A stretch of 64,000 bases of DNA, taken from the NCBI GenBank assembly GCA_000165425.1, contig CT868008.1, positions 558,001 through 622,000 on the forward strand, written 5' to 3'. A model generated the notes under the pieces. It had not been told where the DNA came from. It ran no database searches and worked only from the letters and a program-made list of their open reading frames with translations. A program made the translations under genes and the position numbers. Below are positions 11,848 to 25,473 of the stretch, piece after piece. The DNA comes from Paramecium tetraurelia (Eukaryota). The number at the start of each line of letters is the position of its first letter. Position 1 is the stretch's first letter.

Positions 11848-13649
11848 ATGAAATCTCGCTACATTCAGATTGATAAATATATGATAGACACCCAAAAATA
11901 ATTGGGCAAAGGAAATTGCGGAACTGTTTATTTGGGATTCTATGCTAAAGGAACTGGAGACGAAAAAATCTTTTTAGCCATTAAGGAAATACCTGTAAAA
12001 GCTTCACCTGAAGTAACGGTATCGCTTTTACAGGAAATCAATGTGTTGAGAAAAATAAATCACTCAAATATTGTAGGCTTTATAGATGCAAAAAAAAATG
12101 AAGAATTTATGTATTTGGTTACGGAATACTGTAATCAAGGAGCATTAGATGATTTTATTTTGAATCACAATCTCTCAGAAGAAGATGTCGTTGTATTTTT
12201 CAGATAAATTGCAGCAGCTTTCAAATATTTAGTCAGCAAAAAGATTATTCATAGAGACATTAAACCATAGAATTTACTATTACATAATGGATAAGTAAAA
12301 GTCGCTGATTTTGGATTGGCTAAGGTCATGGATCAATCGAATTAGAGTGGAAAATTTTAAACTTTTAGTGGTACTCCAGTTTTCATGTCTCCCCAAATAA
12401 TTAAATAAGAATCCTATAATAGTTTAAGTGATATGTGGTCCTTGGGAGTTACATTCTATTTTATGTTATTTAGAGAGTATCCATGGGAGGAGGTCAACCC
12501 ATTGAAATTATTAAAGAAGATTCAATAAAAAAGTATAAAAATACATTAATCTTTAGTTGACAATCTCATTCCAGAAGGGTGTACACTGTCAGAACCCACT
12601 AAGGATTTGTTAAGAAGAATGTTGGTAATAGATGAAAACAACAGAATTTCATGGTAGGATTTCTTCAATCATAAAGCAATCAAAATTGAACAGGATCCAT
12701 AATACACATTATCAACATAAGATTCAGTTGAGGATTTGACATTGAATAATTTTGTACTTTAAAGTGGAAGTCTTAGTTTATCAGACAAGGAACAGGATGA
12801 AATGTAAGAATATGGAAGAAGATAAACATTGTAAAGATAATTTATATTTATAGGAATTACTTGGCACATTAAAATATTTTGAATAGAGCCAGAAAAGCTA
12901 AAGATCATCTAGAATTTGAAAAATCGATTGGATATTATTTCCTATAAGTGGCCAAGGAGTTGGAAAGTTAAAAAAAAATTGATTCTGTTAATCTGATACC
13001 TGAAGATTTATATATCAAATGCATGTTTCTTCTTTACAAAAGAATTTACTGTGTTTTTTCATCCTTAAATTAGATGCTATTGTTTGATTGTAATGAGGCT
13101 GGCATCATTGAAATTGATCCCCAAGATTGGCTAGAATTGATGACATCTGAATATCACTAAAATGATTTATAAAAAATTAGATAGAGTACTTAAAGGGATT
13201 TTGATATTTCTAGAAAAGAATTCATCAAATGGAAAGAGTAACTATATGATGCCTAATTTCAATTGGAAAAGTTCTCTATCATAGAGAGAGGAGATGCTTA
13301 CAAGGATAACAGTATTGAAGAAAATGAATACTTGATTATGGCGATAAATGATAATTTTAAAGAATTGTTTTTAATTTTAGCTCAGCAATTAGAACCCATT
13401 TATCAATAGATTTTAGAAACTCAAAAGCCTATTAATAAACACCAAATATACAATGAAAAGAAGATAGATACAATATTTGTATACGATCTAATAATATTCT
13501 TATGTTTCAGAAATATTGTCAAAAAACCATAAATGGATTGTTGCATACAAATTAATTTTTAGAAATACTATGAAGATAGGAAAAGAATTGAGGAAATAGA
13601 AATCTTGCATAGAATTTAGAAGTAGTATCAAGCTTGGAAAAAACATTGA
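11848..13649 (+). CDS. Ser/Thr protein kinase (ULK/ATG1-like ciliate family) with C-terminal extension
   Basis: GKGNCG, AIK, HRDIKPQN, DFG, GTPVFMSPQ, DMWSLG. Confidence 0.9.
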
Positions 13650-14309
13650 CTTCATAATTTGTTTATAATTTATTTTGTTTTCTGATGATCAAATCTAAAT
13701 CACCTACTTTTTAGTCGGACAAAAATTAAAGTTTTTTTGGATTGTATATCTAAAATAATATTTTAATTAATTTAGATGTGGATTATACAAGAGCAAATAT
13801 TTTAATTTTTATTAATATACTAATATTTTAATTATTTTAATATTAATAAAAACAATTAGAAATCAATCCTTTGTGTAAGATGTGTTATATCAAAATTCGT
13901 TTGGAATGTTTCTCTGAATGTTTTGCAAGTTCAATAATAATTTAGGAGCAGATAACTTTGCTGTGGATGAATAAATTCATTTAATATTACAAATGATTTA
14001 AGAAATATTTGAAATGTTAAAATTAATGTTTATTGATTTTTAAAGTAAAAATTCCTAAGAGAAAAAGGAATACACCCTTGCCTTCTCAAAAGAAATGAAC
14101 TCACACAAAATATTAACATAAATTATAGTCGAAATATCATATAATTTTTTATATTTTATATTTATAAAACATTATCATTGCTATTTATATTATTTACAAA
14201 TCTTCATTTTAGCTAATTAATAGTAATTCGCAATTAATTATGACTTTTTAAAAGGCATTCGTAATTGCTAGTTTTAAGTATTAATCATTCATTTTAATAT
14301 TTACGTCTC

Positions 14310-15247
14310 ATGAGTACATTACAAACTTCGATTTCCTCATCCAACCATCAGTAGTCCTAAAAGATAAAGAATACCAAAATGGTGCATAAGCTCATAACTA
14401 AATAGAAAAGTTAGCTTATTTAACCAAGTAATCATATATTGGATCTTCTTAATTAGATTGTCCTGATCTAATAAAGCAAGAGGATAAGTTATACAAAATT
14501 ACTTATTTAAAGAGAGTTGCAGAATCAGATTAAAAAAGTAGATATAAATGCCAAACATTGGGAGCATTATTAATAGACAAATTGCTAAAAAAGAGTTAAA
14601 TTTTAGAAAGGAAGTACAATAATGAATTCTTTGAATGTAGACTATCTTTCCTTAATTAAAAAACTGAAACTTAGAAAGAATGTTATTTGGAATATGATTA
14701 AATCATGAATTTTTATGATCAATTACCCTTAGAGATAATAACAGAAAAAAATAGAAACTAGTTTCAAAATACTATTAAAAATCCATATGAATGTTGGAAT
14801 TTTTAATTTACTTAAGGGAGGTTGGTTGGAATAATCAAAAAAATGAATTATGATTTTCTTAGATTGATGGGCATAAACGAAGAAATTTTAGACGTTTATA
14901 TACAAAATGAGAATTAAATTCCAATGTGTTGTGATATTTAATAGTTCATACGACTAAGAGATGGAATTTACTATAATTCCAGTTTAATAAATTTTCAAGG
15001 TGAAATTTTCGAATCTTAAATAGAAATAAAAAAATTCCTCCAAACAAATTCCTGTGTACAGATATCTAATTACTTTATATATTTTATATACAACTGCGAT
15101 AGAAGTAAATTGAATGTTAATAAAATTGAGAATAATTACTTAACATATTTTTAATAATCAACGCTACCTTTACTATCATAAATTTCAATTCACAAATCAA
15201 GAATTACAAAGCCCTGCAATATAAAACCGATAAGAGATTTTTAATGA
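14310..15247 (+). CDS. Hypothetical protein
   Basis: Code-6 frame MSTLQTSISSS... with a 29-nt intron near 14428-14456; ends at TGA 15245-15247. Confidence 0.6.
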
Positions 15248-15793
15248 GAAGGTTATTTATTTATTAATATCATAATTTAATATTAATTAATTTCTGATAA
15301 TCATATTTAATTGTAAATTCTGATTTTTTTTATTTATATATTTAGAAAGTAAATTATCACAAACTGTAATATTTCGATCTTTAGGATTTAGTATTTGTCC
15401 ATAATATATTTATGAAAGATACAATTAGAATTGGAAATTTGGTTGATAAATCAAATAATATTTAATTCTCAAAAATTATTGTCCAACAAGCAAACGTTTT
15501 TCTGTATTTTTATCAGGATTTTTTTCTAAATAATCTAAAACTTGTTTAATTATACTTTATCTCTCACATCTTAATCTTTCATTAAAGTTAAATGTTTTTA
15601 CATTTTTGCTTATTATAGTTTACTAACTTCTTAATCCTTGAAAAAATTGGTATCATTATGAGTGATAGAAAAAAAAATAATATATATTTTCCTTAATGTA
15701 GGCATTATATCTTATTTATGGAAACTCTGATTTATCTTGAAACATTAGAACTCAGAGAAGCAAACAAAAAGACTTAAAAAATAATAATATTTA

Positions 15794-16578
15794 ATGTTTT
15801 AATTGAGGAATTATATATATAAATTTTCAAAGCTTTAAAACTATACTCAATAATTAAGAGAATCCTTCAACAGGAACTAAAAAAACTTTGCTTATGCCTC
15901 ATAGATCCCTTAGGAGTGGAATGAAGAAAAATTTTAAGAGTTTTTTGATCCTTAGACATAATATATTAAAAAAGGTAAAGCACAAACATTATTTCTAGTT
16001 CATTTTGTAATAGATTCACTAAATAGATTTAATGGAAGAGCCTTTATTGAGATGGAGTCAGAAGATGCGGTGAAAGAATTTATGAAAAAGTTTTAAGAGA
16101 ATAAATTAGAAGAGTAGGATGCTCAAACCAAAATTTCAATAAATCCTTTAGTTTTAAAAATATACAGAAAACCATTAGATTAGGAAAAAAGAGAAAAAAA
16201 AAAAACATTTTTAACAGGATTACCAAGAACAATAAAAAATGAAGAATTGCTTGAATTAGTTAAGGACTTTGGTGAGATAGAGAATATTGAGATTTTAAAA
16301 GATAAAAAAGGGGAGTTTAGTAGAGGATAAGCAATAGTAGTTTTTAAAAATGAGGAAGATGCAAGAAAATTTAAGTATTTTGCTAATGGAAAGTAATATA
16401 TGGGAAAAAAGATTCAGTATATAATATTATAAATGATCATAGAATTGAGTTACGATCTTTGAGAGAGGAGAATGAAGAATAAATTAATGAAAATGAGTAA
16501 TAAAATTAAGGAGAAAGAAAAGATGATTAATAGAAAGTAGATTACAGTAATCTATAAAAGATGTTAGATACAGAGTGA
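15794..16578 (+). CDS. Two-RRM RNA-binding protein, probably mitochondrial
   Basis: Presequence-like MFQLRNYIYKFSK; RNP-like FAYASQIP / GRAFIEM and TFLTGLP / RGQAIVVF; two introns. Confidence 0.8.
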
Positions 16579-16662
16579 TAAGTAGATATATGTTTTTGAT
16601 TTGTGGTAATTCAAAAATTATAAAGAAATTCCCAGTTATTTAAAAACAATATAAAATACTTT

Positions 16663-17198
16663 TCATAAGTCCTATTTTTTTTCTTTTCTCACATAAATTT
16701 CACACTTGGTGAATTCCTTGATTGAAAAGTCGTTTTTATCAGTGTCCCAATTTTTGAGGCTAAATTCAACCATAAACTCATTCACAGACATTTTCACATG
16801 GTACTATTTATGAACTAATAAAATACAATCATATTTATGGTATTGAATTCAACATTGCTTCCTTGATATATTAATCTCTCGAAGAATTAATCTGTGTTGC
16901 AAAATTTCTAATAATGGCTTTCAAAGAATTCCAACCCAATCTATTTAATGATGGGACGAGTTATGACATCATAATGAGGATCGTTTAAGGTTTTAAACAT
17001 TTTTGCCATTTCCTCAGTAATCCCATAATCAACTTTTCCATAATTTGTAGTGCCTTCGCCTCCTTACAAATTCTCTATTGGTTATTCTACTTCTTCGAAT
17101 TCAATAGGCATTTTTGTCCATTCAATTCCATCTTCAAAGACAGTTTCTACTTCGCTAACTGCAAAATAAACTAGTATATTGAAGATAATAAATTTCAT
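16663..17198 (-). CDS. Signal-peptide protein ending in KQDL (putative ER lumen protein)
   Basis: MKFIIFNILVYFAVSE... ending EIYVRKEKKQDL; one 23-nt intron. Confidence 0.7.
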
Positions 17199-17232
17199 TT
17201 ATTAATATATGGCGTTGTAATAATAATTTTCA

Positions 17233-17634
17233 TCAACCGGTTCTAAGAATGATGTGCCATCCTGAATCGCTTTTGACTGGTTGACTCAACTCTCCAACTT
17301 TTAATGCAAATGCCACATCCTCAAACTACTTTTACATTTATCCCCTTGTGAAGTCTCCTAAATCCCCGCCTTTTTAACAAGAAGAACACTATTGTAGTTT
17401 TTACATTATTAAATACTTCACTTCTCTCTTGAGCTATTTTAGCAAATAAATTTAAATTGTTTTCTACTTGGGCTCTTATTTCTCTAATTCCTTTCTCTGC
17501 ATCTGCATCAGATCTTATTGATATAAACGAAGCATGTACCTGGTGATTTATTTATCTCTAAATCTATCATAGGGGTTTCTTGATTGAGTGGATTTCAACA
17601 AGATATGTGAAGCTCTTACGGATTTTCCTTGCAT
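17233..17634 (-). CDS. PIN1: Pin1-type parvulin peptidyl-prolyl isomerase without WW domain
   Basis: [71 protein letters not shown]; two introns. Confidence 0.92.
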
Positions 17635-17742
17635 ATATAAAATAATAATTAATAATTCAAAATTTCATTCATTTTATATATGTTATGATTGAGTAGTATA
17701 TATTAAATTGTTGTACTAATACCATGTAATAGAATAATATTA

Positions 17743-18876
17743 TCATAATTCTTTATTATTTACACCACCCTTTTAATATGGATTTTAATTTGGATATGTC
17801 ATTTACTAATTAAGTAATCCAATCAGCAAACTAATGTTATATTATTACCATACTTATCTTCAGTCTGCTAGCGTTTATCAATATTCTATGGTGGAGCTTA
17901 AGGAGGATGGGCTTTTTTATTCTCTTCTGGCTGTAAGGATTGTATTAAATCTATTTATTAATTTAAAAACAATACCTTTAATTGGAACCTTTTTATTTGG
18001 AGCTCTAGCCCATTGAATCTTGCATATGACGTCCTTTATTATTATATTATTATATAATGCATTAACAGCAGTTTCTGCATCTTTTCTTTTTGCAAAATTG
18101 ATGAAACAGCTTTGACCATGTTCCATTATTTTAATTGAATTTAGTTTTCCATATTTCGAAAATAAATGTCTATTAAATATTCAATTATACTTTAAATCTG
18201 ATTCCTTGATGTCATTTGTCATGTGGGATATATAAAGACTACTAATTTTAGGATCATCAGGTGGCAACAATCCTTTTGCCTCAAACTTTTCCTTGTATAA
18301 TAGGTCAATATCTTAAGGATTTTCTAAGGGCTCTGCATAAATTTGATTGGCAGGTTCCGATTTTCCATCATTTAATTGATTATTTACATCAGCTAATCTT
18401 GGCTCTTTTAGGATTTGATCCAACATAGGTAGAGGTGTATCATATGGTAGAATCAACCTTTCAATTTGACGATTGGCTTATTCAGCCCAATAGTCCCTGT
18501 TTGCAGTATGTTCAGGGATTTCGATTTTTTAATCTCCTAGAAATTTATCTCTAGTGCATATTCCCATATTAAATTCCAAGTCTTTAAAACAAGCTTAGCA
18601 AATGTTTTTAATTTTGCCACAAGTTTGACAAATTTCAGTCTATTTCTATCTTGAATTATTCCCAGGCTTCCACTTAAAGGTTGTGAATGGTCTTGCACAG
18701 ATTCTACATTCTTTTCCAAATCTATCCTTGAGCTGGAAATTTATTAGTTAATTAATGTATACCATTCTGATATAAGGATTTTCACCAAGGCAATTATTAC
18801 AAACAATTGGAAAGTCAGTCTCCTCCCAAGCCAATTTACTTATGTCCTATTTTAAAGCGTGTCCTCTTTCTGCCAT
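17743..18876 (-). CDS. RBM22: Pre-mRNA splicing factor RBM22/Slt11(Ecm2)-like
   Basis: [54 protein letters not shown]-terminal RRM ([14 protein letters not shown]). Confidence 0.9.
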
Positions 18877-18917
18877 TTAAAATTAAATTATATAATTATT
18901 TTTAATATGTATATATA

Positions 18918-20491
18918 TCATTTTTTCTTTAAACTAGACTTTTGCTTTTTGTGATTACTTAATAGTAAAGTAGAAGTTGGTTTTAATTATTAATTTTATT
19001 ATTTCTCCAAATATTATATCACGTATTTCATAAACTATTGATTCTAACGTTGTTATTATTCTTGAGCATCTTCTAATTTATGAACCAATTTTTCTATGAT
19101 CTAGGAGTCTGAATTTGTTTTTGCAGAATCTCTTTATTTTTCAACTCTCATTTTGATTTCACTTATCTCCAATTATAATTTTTCACTTCTCTTTCTCTCC
19201 TCCTGAACCTCAATATTTAAAGAACTGACTTTTGGATTGTTGGAGTGTTATTCATTTATTAATTATTATATTTCCCTTGTTAGATAAGAGTTCTCATCCC
19301 TCAAAGTCTATACAAGTATTTTAGTATTCTCATTTTCTTTGTTTACTTAATCAGCTTCTCTAAAGTTAATACAATTTTTACCTTTATTTAAAGTCCAATT
19401 GTTGTGTTAATCCAGAAATACATTCCTTTAACTCTTCAATCACTTATTTTAATTGTACAATTGTGTTCTTTAATTAATCAATTTCAATTTTGTATGATTG
19501 ATCAATTTCTTGGATTTCTTTCAATAATGGAATTTGACAATCTGAAGTTCTTGAACATTAAGTTAATTATCTCTATGGAGGAATGTTCTCTAATTGACTG
19601 AAAATGTTGGAGTCTCCTTTTTCCTTTTTTGAATACATAGATATGTGTCTATTATTGTAATCTAAATTTGAATTGTTTAATTGCAATGGTTATATTTGCT
19701 TGGTAGATTGAGTCTTGAGAAAGTTCTTGACTCTCATTTCTATTTTGTCTATTAATTAATGTGTCGTTTCCACTCCAGCATCTCTCAACATAAATTTTAA
19801 CAGATTATAATTTTAATATCATTATAATTAGTGTTTCTCTTCCAATAATCTTAGCTCCTTCTCCAAACGATTTATTTCGATCTCTTATTCTGTAATAAGA
19901 TTGGTGGCTTCCTCCTCAATTCTATAACGCTCCTTCTTCTCCTCCTGAAGTTCCTTCAATAACTTAGTTAATATTTCTCTATCTAAATAAGTTAATAATA
20001 TTACTATTACATCACAGCATCACAAGCTGAATGATCTTCCTTTCCTAAAATATCATATTCTATTTACTTTCAATATTTGCTTTAATTTAATTTAACTTTT
20101 CCAAAATTTCACAGCACCATTCTTCAATATTGGTTACTTGGCTTTATTCAATATTATCATTGAATTCAATTAACTCTTTTAACAATTTCTATAGAGTTTC
20201 CATGATCTTATCATCTTTATCCTCAGTCTATTGTTTGGCCACTCTGATATTATTGCTGAATAATTTAGTAGCACTACTATTAAATAAGTGATCAAACCTG
20301 TAGCTCTTTTGTAGTTTAGGAGGAATTTTAGTTTCTTTACTCTCCTTCAATAAAGGCGATTAAGATTCGTCAACTTTCACAGTTTTCTATTTATTCAATT
20401 TATTCAATTCAGATGGATTTGAGAATAAGCCAGGTTTAATATTTGGGCTTAATCCTGGTGATTTGTAGATTGGACTCTTTCTTCTATTCAT
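18918..20491 (-). CDS. Coiled-coil hypothetical protein
   Basis: MNRRKSPIYKSPGLSP..., long E/K/Q heptad-rich frame with tiny introns; exact ends approximate. Confidence 0.65.
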
Positions 20492-20944
20492 TTAATATAT
20501 AAATTATATTTTAATTCATTTAAAATGCATTACATCTGTGGATTTAGATTATCATATAAATTTTATTAAGAATTTGTTGCAATATGAATATCAATTGAAA
20601 AGATTTGAACTATCATACATTCTTTGATATTCTCTATTAAATTTCTTGTTAACATTATTGTTAAAATTATTTAAAAAATCTAAGAGGGCGATATTCATAG
20701 AAATTTGTTCTTTTAATGCATTTGAATTGAGTGTCTTTATTTAAAAGATACATTTAATTGACTATTAACATTTTAGTTGAGTTATACGTTACTATCATAA
20801 CAAGATTAGATAGAAAACAGAAGAAACTGAAGGAGTCTTCAAAATAATATAAATATGAGTGTTTTAAATAACCATCATCCTTATCTAAATAATTATATTA
20901 AATATTTATATATTTGATAATAACCAAAATATTAAGTGGATAAT

Positions 20945-22443
20945 ATGTGCAATCATCTACATCCTAGATAAGCGGAATCTTAGATGGAAATTGTATTATG
21001 CGAAGATGAAGATTGCGATTATTAATATTTACCATAATGCTTTAAATGCGCCTTTAAATAATGTAAATCACATTTTGTTAATTGTAAAACTGGTGACAGA
21101 TTTTAAGGTTCCAGAGCCTTGCTTTAATAAAAACATAATGAATTGGAAATGCAATTTTTCAATCTAAATTAGAAAATTAATCAAAAATTAGCCCTTCTAC
21201 TTCAATAAACAAAATATATTATAAATAAAGTTGAGTAGTTTTGCGATAATGGTTTTTTCGAGGACATTGTTCCGTTTAACTTTAATATAGATTATATAAT
21301 TGACGTATAGAAGGAGCTGGTCTAAGATATTGATTACAAATTTGAAGCAGTGCAAGATTATATAAATGAGTTCAACGAATCACATAATTTGTTTAAGAAG
21401 AAGGAATCAAAAAAACACCAAAAATACTCTATTATGCATGAATTTAATAATAACTTGGTTAAAGCTTTGGAGACGATTAATGATAGTCTGAAAATGGATC
21501 CTTTATCATTGTTTTCCCTTTATCAAAAAGGTTCTCATTAGCATATTTATTATAGGAAATATACTTCTAAAATAACAATAATATGATGAAGCTTACAAGT
21601 ACTTGCTCAAGGCTTTCCTCCTTAGCAAAATGTCAAAAAAGAAAGAATTAAAAAATCAAATCTTCTTAACTTTATGTGATATATATATAGCTATATTAGA
21701 AGAAAATTGCTATTTTAAAATGAAATAATACAACTTTTTAATAGAATTATAGAACTAGTACTCAAATGAATTTGATGAAAAGAAGGTTTCTATGTTTAAA
21801 GGTATTAATAGTTATTATGCTTAGCCTTTGCCGAATTCAATAGAATGGAATATAAAAATGCCATTAACAGTCTAAAAGAAATGAATTAATCTCAAATAGC
21901 TGATTAAAAGGCTTCAAAATTTTGGGGTATTTTATTTCAATGAATTAGATTTATGCTCAAGCGCAGAAAGAATTTAGACGGAAATAAAAGAATAGTCAGA
22001 ATTAAACTCATAAGAAATGTTAAAAGATTCCTTGCAAAGTTTTTCTAATTTCAATCAAAAAAAAAGTGTTCAAAATTATAATCAAACGCCTCAAACGGAA
22101 ATACCCAATCCTTTGATAAATATATTACTAGACACACTTTAAAAATATTTTACAATCACTCTTAATTAGGATGAAAATGATATAAATCTTGCTTTATTTA
22201 ATTAGAAGCAACAATATATTATTTAGCTTTAGGGAAAGTATTAAATTTAATAAATTTTAGTGAAATCCACATAGTAAATTTAAAATCTTTTCAAACAGTA
22301 AAATATTATATTTTTCAATAGTATAGGAAGATAAAGATTAACAAATAGAGAAAATTCATTAGTTAGCATTGCAAATCCTAGAGTAAGCCATCTCTAATTT
22401 ATTAAAAAAAAAAAAACCCTATAATTCGCCAAATAAGAGGTGA
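20945..22443 (+). CDS. Cys/His-rich N-terminus, coiled coil and TPR-like helical protein
   Basis: MCNHLH..CEDEDC..CFKC..CKSH, followed by helical repeats (QQYDEAYKYLLKA); several introns. Confidence 0.55.
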
Positions 22444-22519
22444 AACAATTTTGTAGATAATTCATACTTCCGATAAATACTACTCAATAAATCAATTTAA
22501 TTATTATGTTTATATATAG

Positions 22520-23245
22520 TCATTCTTTTTTTCTCCATAAAGGCTTGTTAGAGTACCATTGCGAAGGCTGCTGGACATAATATAATAGGACATCATTTTT
22601 GTAGTGGATATATTCAGCGATGTTATTAGCCTCTGATTACAATATGCATTTTGTTGCCTAAGAGGACAAAAACCAGATTAAATATTTTTAAAAAACGCTT
22701 TTTCGTTCTTATTCTTCTTTAGGTTCATCGCCTTAAATTATCAAATGATCTTTTAGCACTCTAAAACCTGAAATGATTTCTAAATTTTATTAATAAAACT
22801 TTTGAAATTCAATTAATTTTTGATTGTTATTTCTAAACTCTTCTAACAAAAACTCCTGAGATGAAGAATTAACTATTCCTTTTATACTATGTCTCAAAAT
22901 ATTTCTGCATATATTTTTCTTATAATCTCTAATTGCAGCGGACTGTTATTTAGCCTTTTTATGTATTTTCTTTTTCTTAATATACCTATCTAGAGAAGGA
23001 AGTTTCGATTTTAACTCCAAACTTAATTAAGGGTTCAAGAAATATTAACTAATACTCAATTAAGGGTATTGATCCTAAAATTATTATTATGAAGGTTATT
23101 GTTATTCTTCCAATTTAAAATCTTCATATGACTGTTAATTAAATATTTTGAGGCAAAATTGGTTAGGCCTTTTGTTTTAAACAAAATTAGCTGATTCTAC
23201 AAATTCACTGCTTAGATTTTTGAATGAATACATAAATGAATTCAT
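22520..23245 (-). CDS. Hypothetical protein (probable ciliate-specific family)
   Basis: Intronless 242-codon frame containing DYKKNICRNILRHSIK...YLIWFLSSQATKCIL...YIHYKNDVLLYYVQQP. Confidence 0.7.
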
Positions 23246-23740
23246 GATTAATGTTAAATTTTAAACTAATAAATTAATCTAATATTTCTAAACACTCAGA
23301 ATGTTATAAAAATAATTTGTTTTTTTCAAAGTGAATAGATAGAATGATGTCAATTATTTTAATTCAAATTTCGATATAATTTAGAATTTCTTTTATAAAA
23401 ATAATTTTAACTTTGTTTTATAATCCTAAAAATTATAAACAAGCTAATGTTGGGCATCCAAAAAGTAAAAATAAGCTAAAGTTAGGGATAAGTAAAACAA
23501 AAATATTGCAAAAATTAACAAAATTTAGCCAATTTAATTGTTTTATCTAATTTTATCATATAATTATTATAATTCTATGTAAATATCCTCTATTAAAATT
23601 AAGTGTGGTTAATAGTTGATAGATTTTAACAGTGGATTAAATCATTTCAATTTCAATTGCTTTTAAATTGAGTTACTAAAATATTTAATTTAAATTAGTT
23701 ATTATATTGTGTACATCGTATAAATTATTTTTAATTGAAT

Positions 23741-25403
23741 ATGGATAATAAATTAAGATGTTAAAAAGAAGCTTACTTATAGGAGGAGATTATAGATAAA
23801 GGAATTGATCCTAATCACTTTCAAGAGTTTTGCGAGAAGATTAAGGGGGAAGGTATGGATTCAATATAAAATAAGAAAGCGATATTGACAAATGGACTTT
23901 CGAAGATATTGTGTAGTTGGTCAACCAATATAAGATAGAATTTTTTACAACAGATTTCGATTAGCCAGTAGATGAAATGATAATTGGGTGGAATGCATTT
24001 GATCAAGTCATTCCATAAATGGATATAAAAAGCGATCCTTAGATGTGGAACTTATTAGACTTAGATCATACAGGACCATCTGCTGTCGTAGAGCAATAGG
24101 AAGATAAAAAATATGATTAACCATTTTAATAAACTCAAAAACAAATTTAGTAAATTCATTAACAATAAACATCAGAAATTAATTAAAGAGTCTCAGAAAA
24201 ACTAGATATTTCCAACATTGGTAAGCCATTGTCGATATCACCAACTGCTCAAAAGCTGTAGGAAATACAACAATAAATGCCTAAGAAATAAGCCCCTGAA
24301 ATTTATTCTTTTTCTCAATGCTCAAAATTATAATGCAAAAAATTAGGTTTTAATATCTTTGCAAAAGGTGTGCCATCTATAAAAATAACTGGGTAACTTA
24401 AATATAATTTATTTAGTTTTGAAAAGAAAACAGAAGGATTATTTAAAAGTGATTATGTTGTATATAGTGTGAAAACAGGAGATGATTATGTTGTATAAAG
24501 AAGATACTCGGATTTCTAATGGTTGTAACAAACACTTTTCAAATTATTCCCAGGAGTAGGCATACCTAGTCTTTCAGAAAAAACAGCAAAGAAAACAGCA
24601 AAAAATACAGTTCAAAAAAGAACAATTATACTAGAATTTTTTTTGAATGAGTTGGCAAAGAGTGAACTTTTCAGAAATAGTAAGTATTTTGTAGACTTTC
24701 TTCGTCTGAGTGATCCTGCTTAATTTAAACAACTTATAAAGTTTGGAGAGAAACTAAGCAAACCAAATAAATTCGAAAGTCTTTTAAATATGACTGGCAC
24801 TATTATCTTTGTACCAGATATTAAATTGAATAATTTTGAAACTTATATTTAATAAGAAGAACCAATTTATGTTAAAATAAAAAATCTGTTTAAAGTAATC
24901 ACACATCATTTAACAGCTATATCTAAAATCATTAAGGAAATTGGGGATTCTATCTCAAATTTAACAAATTTATGTTAAAAATATGAAATTAATCAAGATT
25001 ACGATCCATTATAAGAAATGACCAAAAAATTAGAAGAATAAATAATAAAGTGCAGCTCGAACTAGTACAATAGATTGTATAATATGTTTCGTTATCAAAC
25101 TTTGAATTTCACTTAAATAAGAAATATTTTAAAGCAAAGAAATGAATTATAGTCAGAATTCTCTAATAGAAAAGATTTTAAGTTTGAACAGATAAGTGAA
25201 CTTTATAGCTCAAGAGAAAATGCTAAATAAATTGATGAGCTAGAGTTCCCAGCTAAAGTAAAATAATTTGTAATAATTAGAGTTCGAAACTTTTAGCTTA
25301 TCAATTAGGCTATATGAACTGGAGAACTATTGAGGAAATTAAAACCTTTTTAGAGCATCGTTAGATAGGATTTCAAACATTTTCATAAGAAGTAATGAAT
25401 TGA
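23741..25403 (+). CDS. PX-domain sorting nexin-like protein
   Basis: DYVVYSV..VVQRRYSDFQWLQQTLFKLFPGVGIPSLSEK..RTIILEFFLNEL; helical C-terminus; three introns. Confidence 0.88.
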
Positions 25404-25473
25404 ATATTTGTAATAATATTAAAAAGAATTACATATTCTAATTTTTATATTTGAATAGAATTCTATTACCTAT

